In this document: positions 53,491-64,000 of the stretch, piece by piece
Layout: each line of letters starts with the position of its first letter
Position numbering within the stretch: the stretch's first letter is position 1
Source: Nymphaea colorata
Taxonomy: Eukaryota
Length of the DNA stretch: 64,000 nt
Assembly: GCF_008831285.2 (NCBI RefSeq)
Contig: NC_045138.2
Span: 17,670,001-17,734,000 of the forward strand
Reading direction: 5' to 3'
The notes under the pieces: model-generated
What the model was told of the DNA's origin: nothing
The model's database searches: none
Seen by the model: only the letters and a program-made list of their open reading frames with translations
Made by a program: the position numbers and the translations under genes

Positions 53491-54211
53491 TATCAGCAAA
53501 TGATGAGAGGGAAATGTGAATAGTGTCAAGTTAAAGACTCAAAGTTTTCTTGCAAAATTCTTGTGGTTGAGAGTCGGTCTCATCATGAAAAAATCATTAT
53601 CATATGACCTACCATGTTTTTATGGAACCAGATTAACTTATGGGGGGTGGAATTTAGCTCTAGCTAATAATAATGGAGATTCAATCAGGTTTGAGCCAAC
53701 GAAAAATCTAGGCATTGATCTTCAAGATTGACTCAGCAAGGGCCCAACTTCGAAACTAAACTAGGTCATGCCGGGATCCACATGCTTTGTAAGTAGTTCA
53801 GACTCGGCCGTGTTCATTGTTTGCCTGCTTCTACGTTGGATCTTCCATGATCAGACGAAAGACAGTGGCAATGCTGAAAACTAGTGACACGCGGGCTTGA
53901 TTAAGCTGATTGAAAAATATTAAAAAAAATACGCCAATGTAGTTTGATTAATTATAACCGTGTGAATATGATCACTGTTCATGATCGAAACCAACAAGTG
54001 TGGGAGATTTTATATCCAGAACATGCCTACTCTCTGGAAGTACGCCGTAGAATTAATGAATCAAAATTTGAGCGTACCTGAACGGAAAAAATGATTAAGT
54101 TGATTTCTGCAGAAAGATGAACGGTTTTGCAGGTATAATAATATCAATCTACTTGTATCCATCGATGAGAACAAATCACAAATATATAAAGAAACGAGGA
54201 GACATCAAACT

Positions 54212-54764
54212 TCAGCCTGGCCACCGGGTCGGGCTGCCGCCGGTACCCGGCCCGACTCGGTCCCGGGCCTGGGCTTGGAACTTTTTTTAACGGGCCTGAT
54301 CTTGTCGGGCCTGGCCCGACCCGATACTTAACGGGTCGGGCCCGGGCTTGATCCTTTGATTGAAACATGAAGGTACAAAATTTCCTCCCAAGGCCTCTGG
54401 ACATGGCCATCTTACACCTCCTCTCACTCTCTTACCCGAGCCTCACGCTTCCTTACGGAACCCTAAACACCCTTTCCTTTCTCCCTTTACAACCTCGCTC
54501 GGCCTTGTCTGTGTTGGGAGTCGAGACAACGGTTTAAGACAAAAATAATGGAGAGAGTGGAAGAAAGAGAAACCGGCTCGGCCCGTTAATAATCGGGCCG
54601 GACCGGGCCTCGGGCACAAGCTCAAGCCCAAGGCCCGATTGATGATCGGCCCGGCCCGACCCGATTATAAACGGGCCGAGCTTTGGGCTTGCCAAATACC
54701 TTATTCGGGCTCAAATTTGATTTTTTTATCGGGCCGGGCCAGCTCGGCCCGATGCCCAGCCTTA
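54212..54764. mobile_element. Non-autonomous hAT-like element
   Basis: TIRs TCAGCCTGGCCACCGGG / reverse complement TAAGGCTGGGCATCGGG; flanking 8-mers ATCAAACT (54204-54211) and ATCGAACT (54765-54772) match at 7/8; dense GGCCCG/CGGGCC subterminal repeats. Confidence 0.82.
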
Positions 54765-55401
54765 ATCGAACTCACCATAACAGAATATGGCTCCGTCTAC
54801 ACTGTAATGCTGACATCGCAGGGCGTAGGGGAAAATGTTGCTTAAGACATGCCGGAAATGTACAAGTTGGAACACGCAGTTCAAAGCAGGTGCAACTTCC
54901 CTGTTTATCCAACTTTTCTGGATAAGTGGGTGCATCCCATTAATGTGAGTTCCAGTGTTCCACCTAAAGCTTCGTATTGGAATACGCTCACATTTTTGTC
55001 ACCTTCTCCAACCATTTACTAAAATTTCTTCTTAAGATTCCACCCCGTGGCAGAAGTTATTTATTTTTCTCTTGTCCACTGTGGCCTATTGATTTTTTTT
55101 AACGTCGATGGTTGAAATGTGCAAACAATTCTCATACTAAAGCACTAAATCTTGCTGGTTGTAAAAATTTCCAATTTTTGATGTGTTTGTAACCATGTTT
55201 ATGAACTTATAACTTTTGCCCTTGGAGACACACACAGATACATAAGAAAAATCAATGCTGCCCGATGCCAGATGGCTATGATTTAAAATTTATTACTAAA
55301 AGACTGCAAATCATATAAATTGTTTTCGCTTCATAAACCATTATTAATGCCATTATAACTACTTTTTTGGCAAAAAATTTTCATTTCAGCCTTCAAACAT
55401 A

Positions 55402-55403
<2 letters not shown>

Positions 55404-55484
<81 letters not shown>
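55404..55484. repeat. (AT)40 microsatellite
   Basis: Uninterrupted AT dinucleotide run. Confidence 0.97.
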
Positions 55485-55492
<8 letters not shown>

Positions 55493-57112
55493 TATATGAC
55501 AGTAAAAAATGTGAATTAATATTATTTTCTCAACACCCATATACCAAATATTGCATATTGGCACCATTTGATGCTCCCACAGAGAAAGAGAGAGAGAGAG
55601 AGAGGCACTGAATGGCACTTCAACTTTTAGTTTGGTAACTCTTCCTTTTGTTTTGGTACCGTCCAAATTTGAAACAAAAAATGACTGCCTACCAACCTCA
55701 CCCTAACCATTGCCTCAACCCCCACAAGGATAAAACAGCTAACTCATTCATTTATACAACTCCAAAATCATCAGTTGTGAGGCATCAACAAGGATGCTAT
55801 TATGCTTTATTGTAGATCTGAAGAAGTTTTTTGCCTTGTCAACCGCAATTACTCCAAATACATTTCAACTATGAATGAGTTTGCTCAATTTATAAATAAT
55901 ATACATTTAACTCGTTGCAAGTTAAAATCTAAATCTTATTTCACGAATATGCTTGTTTTATCTATATACATAATGGAAAAGGAATAAATATTTTGTAAAT
56001 GATACATTTTGAAATTAATTAGCAAACTTAACCACCACCGGCTAGCACTAAAAGATTCCGCTCCTTTTTGACACTAACAAAAAATGTTAATGAAGTGGAA
56101 AAGAAGGAGTTGGTGAGTCTTAGAGGTGGCTAGTCTTTGTTTTGACCTCCCATGGTAGCAACTTTCTTGCACTCAAAAGTTAGGACATTGATATGCAAGC
56201 TGAAACATAAAAAAAAAAAATCATAAGAAACACCAAAAGCAGCAGAGTACATTGAGGGGATGAGGAAGTACAAAAATTTCAACAGGATAAATATTTCCTT
56301 CTTCTCATTGAAAAAGATAATAAAAACATTAGTAAAAACGCTAGCTGCACGTGAAACTGGGTTTTTGAAGGGTGTTTAATTAAAAAACACTGAATCAAAT
56401 AGTGTTGAACTGCAATTCTACACTCATTATAAGGCTGCCCAAGCACCTGAAAAGCTCGCAATCTAACAAAGTTAATAAATCCAGATTCTTGATCTTATTA
56501 CTTTTAGGGCCTGGCCTTTATATAAATATGCACCTCAAATGGTTCTTTTATATAATTGAAGCCCATCAATCTCGCATTCCGTGGCTTTTATATTCACTTC
56601 TTTCTTGTTTTCCCTTTTCCCCATTTTAATGACATATTTTTGAAAAATAAAAATAAAATTTGTGACATTTTTTTTGCTTTATCAGCAAAATTTGGGAATT
56701 AAAAAATATTTACATAATAATGATAATATTTACAAGAATAAAAAATAAAAAAATCATAAAAATTCAACATGAAAATAAGCAATGTTTTATAATTCCTTAA
56801 TGACAGCCACATTTTGGTGATACTTTGAGAATACCACAATCTGTTCCTTCTTTTGTTGCATTGGCTTTGGATATTATCACAATTTTTGAAAACATCACAT
56901 GTATCTGTAACTATGATTGTATATTATAAGCCTGCCCCACCTACCAAACTTCAGTACCCAGAACCTCCTTTGTCCCGAACTCGAACCTTCGCACATTGGG
57001 CCCATGTCTTGTTGACCACGACTGAAAGCAAGATTGAATATTACATAGCTAAGCTAAAATAAGATTCATTTAAGAAGTGGCCGAGTGAGACTCTTATCTA
57101 TATTTGAGGGGC

Positions 57113-57160
<48 letters not shown>

Positions 57161-58458
57161 TTTGGTAGCAACCAAACCAATAGGCATGGACAAAATCAGT
57201 CGTTTTAAATATGATATTTAAGTTTTTTTTTTTTTTTTTTGTTAAATCTAACCCTAGCCAAGGGGAAACTGGCGGGGCTTACACGGCACTTATTAGTGGC
57301 TTGTGCACTGGTAATCAGCTGAAAGTGGTTTGTGGTTTATATCATGAGATGCACTCAAAACCAAATCACTTTTACTGTACTGATTGATGGTCACTGAGCT
57401 TTTTATTCACTGGGGATGATATGTCACCTTTGTAGAAAGTACTTAGTAAGGCATTTGGTGGCTCATGTCTCCATCATTATCTCTGCTATTCTGGTCCTTG
57501 TTAATGTGAATCAGCTACACAATGATGGATCGGCTCTTATCTGGCCGGGCCAAGCTGGGCCGGCTTGATGCATGTGTGGTAACATGCTTAGAATGGTGTG
57601 TTTGCATTAGAGAAGGTCATGTCTAATGCAATCGCCACATCGTAATTTGTGATAATTTCTTCTGGTGGATAAGTTAATGTCTCATTAACATATAAGTGGA
57701 GAAAAACATTTTCAATTAATTAGTTATATGTGTGTGTAATTAAACTTTAATGACATTCACTTTTATCTGACCTAGCTAGGCCGTCCAACTCCCAAGCACA
57801 ACTTGTGCTGCTATTATTCACAAATCTAATTGCATGAGAACTAAAAACCTCATCCTTTCCCTCGTCAATAAGGCATAGAGTTGCATCCACGTTTGACGTA
57901 GCGACAACAGTGTCAATTAGGTACCCCACATCACCACATATGTGCGATAGAACCATTCCAAAAACATTGGATATAAAGGAAAATTTAATATCTGATTAAT
58001 AAAACAGATCACATTTGGATTTAAGAAATGACATCTGATTGGATTCAAATACAGATTTAGATATAAATGAATATCCTATTAGATACAAATGCAGATCAAA
58101 TTATTTATTTTTAAACATACATCCCATATCCGATACTCTTACATTTTTAAAGTTGGTCAAATTCAGTTTTCCGATTTGGTTATAAATGGAGAATTCAGAT
58201 TCAGATTACGAAATTGGGTCTTGGGTTCGAATTCAGATGTGACTTTTCTTAGTTCGTATTAGAATGCGAGTTTGTGAATATCTGCAAAAGCAGATATGGT
58301 TAAGGGTATATTTGAGTTGAATCTAATCAGTTGACGTCTCTACTCATACACCACAAACACATATATAATGCTGGCTGATAATGAAAGACCTCATTCACCA
58401 AAAGCTTAAACAACCATGTAAAGCCCTTTAGAAAAATAAATAAAGGTAAAACTAAAAG

Positions 58459-58653
58459 ATAATTTATGAATATTTTCATTTAGGAATGAAATCTTATTAA
58501 AATTGGAAATGAAAATGTAAAAATAGAACATAATTTATGAATCTGTTCATTTAGGAAAGAAATCTTATTTAAACTTGGAAATAAAAGATATAGGATTAAA
58601 AATAATTTATTAGTCTTTCATTTAAGAAAGAAATCTTATTGACAATTGGAATT
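58459..58653. repeat. Three diverged ~72-bp tandem units
   Basis: ataatttat....t..ttcattta.gaa.gaaatcttatt....ttggaa.t at ~58459, ~58530 and ~58602. Confidence 0.85.
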
Positions 58654-59268
58654 CAACAAGCTGGTGATACATATATAAAATGGAAAATTCACCCCAGGCA
58701 CCACCACTATTCATGGGAATGATAGAGAATCCCAAGCTCCTTTGGGCATTCATCCATAGATCTATTCCAATTTCCCTTTAACTATTATATTTAAAGTCTT
58801 TTTTTGAAATCTAACCTTTATCAATGTGATCTTAGGTTGATGCACAATATATTGTATGTTCATTTTTTGTTGTTGTTGTAATAGTGTTTTATAATAAGCA
58901 AAAATGAATTGCTCTCAAAGCATCAACATTTTGGTAAAAAGAAATCGATATTTTTCATAAAACAACGAGATTCAAAACATGTTTTATATGAAATAGGATG
59001 TTTATCTTTTATTTAAGATAACAATTTAGCAAAATAGTACTCCTGTCTATGCTGTGGCGGCGGTCCAGTTTAATCAAGTCTGGTTTCTTTTAGTATGTTG
59101 CGCCTCCTTATGTGTCCTCTTGTATTGTTCCACCCTCCTTCAGGGCCTCTCACAGCAAGATATTGAGGCACTACAGCATCGGGTTTCGGATGAGGAAGGG
59201 CGCTCTCACAGACGTACTTGCCATCAATACTGTATTTCAAAGTCAGGACTAACCTTACCAAAAAGATA

Positions 59269-59360
59269 AAGACTGTCTTGAAAGGTCAGGACTGATTCTT
59301 CTTGAAAGGTCAAGACTGTCTTGAAAGGTCAGGAATCATTCTTCTTGAAAGGTCAAGACT
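59269..59360. repeat. 43-bp tandem repeat built from four TCTTGAAAGGTCA cores
   Basis: Cores start at 59276, 59300, 59319 and 59343 (spacing 24/19/24). Confidence 0.9.
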
Positions 59361-59614
59361 GATTATGGAAGGACTTTTGGTTTTCATCTCCTGAAAGGGT
59401 TAACATGTGATGGTTGTTGGATTGCAAGTTTTGCTAACAAAGCTTGTGGTATTGGTTTCGCCGTCGGACTTTTAAGTGCCAAGTTGGGTGTTTCTAATTA
59501 TTGAATACGATTCATGCCAATGTTGGGGTTTTAGGTTGTTGGATTTGGATTTGGATAATAACATGTAAGGGTTTTAGGTATTAAATTTATGGTTTCGCCG
59601 TCCACTACTTCCTC

Positions 59615-60108
59615 TACAAATAGTGGAGTTCATCTCCCTTCCATTCCCCTGCATTGACGCTGCTTCCTGGTGTTCATCTCCAAAAGGAAGAAAAAAAAGT
59701 GAGGTAATTCTCCAATCCCTTCTTTCATTTTCTGTGACGCCAAAGTATACTTTCTGTGACACCAAAGTTAATATGTCACTTGTTAGCTTTATGTAGTCAA
59801 GTTTGCATTGTATATATATATATATGTGAATTAATGTCACTGGTTGAGCTTGGTCAACCGCTCGACCTTCAAAATTTTCCTTCTCGTTATTGATGGGAGA
59901 GCTTCGTGGAAATGCAAGCCACCTTGACAAAATGTTTAGATGATAAATTCCAAATGTTCGATTCCCAATTGCTAAATACTTTGGTGTCACAGAAAATGAA
60001 AGAAGGGATTGGAGAATTACCTCATTTTTTTTCTTCCTTTTGGAGATGAACACCAGGAAGCAGCTTCAATGCAGGGGAATGGAAGTGAGATGAAATCCAC
60101 TATTTGTA
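59615..60108. repeat. Long inverted repeat: 134/133-bp arms, 227-bp spacer
   Basis: 59615-59748 is the reverse complement of 59976-60108, with 4 substitutions and one 1-nt indel by my manual alignment. Confidence 0.95.
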
Positions 60109-60247
60109 TGATTCGCCATATATATGAACTTTGACATTTTCTTCAACCACATTGTTTTGGGTTGTTAGAGCTCATCCGTATAGTCAACAATCTGACCAAA
60201 CCACTATAGATATATATTCTCCTTACGACTATATATATATATATACC

Positions 60248-60281
<34 letters not shown>

Positions 60282-61415
60282 CCTGTAACTTTTGAAATTT
60301 TACAATAGTGGCATGAAGTAAATAAGCAAATTGATAAGATATATTTGACTGGCATAAGTTTTCAATATGGTTGTGTTTGGTTCCCCACGGATTTCAGATC
60401 CAAGGGAATTTGAAATCCACGGTTTTTTCAGATTATGGATTTCAGAATCCAACCCCAACATGGATCTCAAATCCATACTGCAAGAATTGTGGATTTTAGC
60501 ACGCGAAGGAACTTATATATCGCAACGTCAGCTACATTTTCCTATCCCATTTAATAACTGAGTTGAAAAATAACGTTTTATTCACTACGTAATTGACTCA
60601 AAATATTTATACATGTTCATAAGGTTTTTTTTTTTTTCGTTAAAAAGGTACAACCGTTCAGCTTCCAAGTTTTAAAATGACCATTAAATGAATCCCAAGC
60701 CCATGACCCCCCATTTGCAATTTTATTATTATAAATACCCAGGTGATGGGAGATCTTGCAAACCAAAGAACTTAAATTTTTTGTTAAATTTATCTCTTTT
60801 TGTATTGAATATTCAACGGAAAATATTTAATTAAAACAAAAGTAAAAATTCACTTATCAAATGTGAGTGTTGAATGTTGTTTGGGAATGTGGGTTGACAT
60901 GTGTTGACTTTGGTTGACAGAACTAACCATGGTCTAACCTCTGGGTCCCACACTTCTTTTAAAACCCTTAATAAAGCTGTGGCTACCTGTATGAAGTTTT
61001 CTCTCAATTTGTCTTCTCTGAAATCATTATTATTATTATTATCTATTTTTCATTTCTCTTTTACTTAATTTTTATTTTTTATCTTGTGTTCAAAACTCAA
61101 AAGTACTGTGAAAAGTGGTGAACATTTTCATCCCTTTCTGCTTTTGACTTTCATATGAGATTGTGTGAACGAAGGTTTTCAATTTGAGTGCAATATTTGT
61201 TGAGCCTTTCTGAAATACAAGAAAGTGAAAAAAGCTAGATTAAGTGAGAAGGAAGCCCGAAAACCTCGAAGTTCATGCACAATTCTTCCAAATTTCAGAT
61301 GGAAAGAAAAAAGAAAGTGAACGGCTGAGATTGCAGCTCTTGCTTCTTCCCTGTCATCAAGTACAGGCCATGATTGCAGGTCTTGCTTTTTGGAAAAACT
61401 TGTATCATATTTGAA

Positions 61416-61577
61416 TCTGATTCTTACTTTAACATCCAAAACTATATTATAGAGATTGAGTATAAAATATTTATTTAAAACTATATCTGACCCGAGTCTG
61501 ATTCTTACTTTAACATCCAAAACTATATCATAGAGATTGATTATGAAATATTTATTTAAAACTATATCTGACCCGAG
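61416..61577. repeat. 81-bp tandem duplication inside a degenerate AT-rich repeat
   Basis: tctgattcttactttaacatccaaaactata...aaactatatctgacccgag x2, also visible as a repeated 27-aa peptide in the shadow ORF; hAT-like terminus TTGACCTCCCTA follows at ~61743-61754. Confidence 0.9.
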
Positions 61578-61845
61578 TTTGATTCGGGCCAATATTTACT
61601 TAAATCTGAATCTAAATTGGAATGCGATCAGACATCATTTTTTACATCTAAATCCAATCCGAATTCTTAATGAAATATGTATATTTTTATATCAATTTTT
61701 TAAATGTGGTTTCAGTTAGATATCATATCTATATCGGACTTATTGACCTCCCTACTTACAACATAGTGAATTAAACTTGTTGCTGAGATTGGACATGCAT
61801 GAAAAATTTTGAATTAATATTTTGTTTCATTCAATCACCTTTTGT

Positions 61846-62390
61846 TAAGGCTGGGCATCGGGCCGGGTCGGCTCGGCCCGTAAAAATTGACAAAAGTTAA
61901 GCCCATTAACATTATCGGGCCGGCCAGAGACCCGGCCCATTTATAACCGTGCCGATGAAGTATCGACCCTTGAGCTTGAGATTGTGTTAGAGGCCCAGCG
62001 TGGCCAGACCCGATTATTCGCTCGGGTTTGGCCTCCTGCAAGCTGTAGGGACTCCACTTTTCAAGTTTTCTCCTTTTTTTTCTCAATTGTCGTAGAGCCG
62101 TGGGTGATGGACAACGGGCAGGACTGGAGCGGCAAAAGACCACCGCCTCAGGCGCCACACACCACACTCAGTCCTTTGAGCAAAAAAAGAAAATGACTCC
62201 ACGATCACGTTCAGGTCAAGCCAGATCGTCCTTTTCACCAAACGAGCAGAGTCTTCTGTTCTGTTCTGGTGAAACACTCGGCTTTGTTTGAGTCAAACGC
62301 GGTACCACACTTGTACCCGATACGGCTCGATACATTTAACAGAACCAAATCCGAGACACTTGCGAGTCCACCATAGTACCGCGTAGCCTG
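61846..62390. mobile_element. hAT-like element, same family as 54212-54764
   Basis: Left end TAAGGCTGGGCATCGGGCCG is the exact reverse complement of the right end of the 54.2-54.8 kb element; GGCCC-rich subterminal region; the right boundary is uncertain. Confidence 0.6.
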
Positions 62391-63599
62391 CCTTGTTAAC
62401 AAGGCCTTCCACCACCATACAAACCTCTTTTGGGTCTTTAAATATTCAACTTTCCCTTATATCATAAATGATGAAAAGACTTTTAGCGAGGAACCCTAAT
62501 ATTCCTTCCCATGGTTGGCCCAATCAGTAAGTAGTGTGAAAAAATAAAATTTTAATGCAATATTAATGAATCGCATTATGCCTAAAAAGGCTTCAATTTT
62601 TATAGTTCATGATTTAGAACATGCTACTGTATGAATCTTAAACCCGCGACTTTGGACAACTGTAGTAAGTTGTAGTAAGTTGGTTAATCTGAAAAAGTTT
62701 TGTGATTGAAGTTTGGACTTGCTAGGGAAAGGAAAAAAAAAAAAAAAAAGCAGGAAAGCATGACGGCCAGTCTCCCTTCATATAACAAAATGGTTTCCTT
62801 ATCGGTTCTCAAACTTAATGTCTTCAACACTACTCATTCATTAGTTAAAGGTTGTTTAGCATTAGAAACAATATATACTTGTTCCATGAATTTACCACAA
62901 AATTTAGAGAAATTAATATCTTGTTCCTAATGTCAAACCGGCCTTTAATGACATCTTGAACATGTGTTCTTGTAGGAACATTTGTTTTGATGTCGTTGAG
63001 AACTGCCCATTACAAGAAGTACAAGACTACAAGGGAGAAAAATTCTATTTTACGGTTAGTAGGTTTCCATGCAGATCTGATAGTCTCGGTTTTCTGTATC
63101 GGTTAATCTCGAGTGGCCGATACGTATGTCCGGGGACCCGAGAACGAACCGAGAAAAGTGGCACCGACGGTGTAATGCTGAACAGTGGAGAAATAAACAG
63201 ACGACGGAACGTGTTTCCCCAAGTCCCCGAAATTCAAGATCCTAAAACCGGTAAGCACGTAGAGATCAAGCCGGCATTATCATACTGGCACGTTCATCGA
63301 ATCAGTTGGAGAGAGAGACCGTCGATGGACTTCGAGCGTCAATCGTTGCTTCCATGTGGCAGCAGCCAGCAGTACTTGATTTCCAAGTGAACGCCTGAAT
63401 ATATTTCTCATTTCATTAGCACCATTATCGCAGATGAAGTTAAAAAGCCTGGGAGGAGAGAAAGAACAGACGGGGGAAGAGGGAAGGAAAAGATGAAAAG
63501 TGAGGGCGATAAAAAGGAAAGCGAAAGGAGACGACAGTTTGAAGTTTGAACGCTCGCTTTGCCGCTCCTTTCCCCCGGGAAGAATGGAAGAAGACGAGC

Positions 63600-64000
63600 G
63601 GGAGAAGATCGGCCGTCTTCTCTCTGCATTTCGTTCTGCGCAAGTGGAGGATGTGTAAATTTTCGTTGCCGAACGGAGACATTCCTGGTTCCATCGGATC
63701 CGAGGGCGCAGGTACGTCCTATCCTGGTCACCGTTTGGATGTTTGCGGCGAGATCGCGATCTCGTGATCCTTTCGTTTCTTTTTCTCGTCGTTTTTTTTG
63801 CACCGTTCCGTGATCTACGTGCGTTTTTTTCCCCTCTCGGTTGCTTCTTCGCGTACTCTTTGATCTCGTTCTGAGTCGCCCTCGCGTTTCGGGGTAAGAG
63901 GCGGAGTCTTGCTTGTGTTGTTGCTTCTTGCTTGAGTTCTTCCGCATTTTCTCTTCCGTTTCTAGTTTGACGGAAGTAGTTGAAGCTTAATGCGTCTACT
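63600..64000 (+). other. Probable first exon and start of first intron of a gene continuing beyond the window
   Basis: CpG-rich region with a strong donor CAG|GTACGT (exon ends 63711) followed by T-rich first-intron-like sequence; ATG at 63651 is open to the donor. Product unidentifiable. Confidence 0.5.

Noticed and set aside
58459..58653. Regularly spaced repeats resembling a CRISPR array
   Set aside because: Plant nuclear context; units are degenerate AT-rich tandem copies without distinct unique spacers, and there are no cas genes.
59054..59269. Peptide GLSQQDIEALQHR reminiscent of Copia gag-pol linker regions
   Set aside because: Too short, with no zinc knuckle, protease, integrase or LTR nearby to support a call.
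59269..59360. TAS3-like locus: the minus strand of the repeat (TCYTGACCTTTCAAGA) resembles tasiR-ARF (TTCTTGACCTTGTAAGAC)
   Set aside because: Central mismatches, unit spacing of 24/19/24 rather than 21-nt phase, and no flanking miR390 sites found.
59865..59915. KIFLLVID in the inverted-repeat loop resembling the NB-ARC kinase-2 motif
   Set aside because: Lacks the DDVW continuation and any other NB-ARC motif; cannot be supported without a search.
60944..60985. AATAAAGCTGTGG resembling miR396*, and GTCCCACAC resembling an snRNA USE
   Set aside because: No proper miR396 mature arm or hairpin, and USE-TATA spacing is wrong.

Overview
Nuclear genomic DNA of a flowering plant (GT-AG spliceosomal introns, AT-rich intergenic DNA, many (GA)n/(TA)n microsatellites); the species cannot be determined from the sequence alone. 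The left ~37 kb holds five intact multi-exon genes whose exons I joined by hand into open frames: dihydroorotase (-), 60S ribosomal protein L6 (+), an EF-hand family protein (+), histone H2A.Z (+) and a LONGIFOLIA/TRM-family protein (-). The next ~26 kb has no recognisable CDS. It contains hAT-type non-autonomous elements (two with 8-bp target-site duplications in the window), short tandem duplications, GAGA/telobox clusters and a near-perfect 134-bp inverted repeat that could fold into a long hairpin RNA. The window ends in what looks like the first exon and intron of another + strand gene. I found no convincing new biological system. The best leads are the long inverted repeat, a microsatellite-bracketed in-frame alternative donor in RPL6, and a small structured GC-rich island near 48.9-49.1 kb; all need RNA data.
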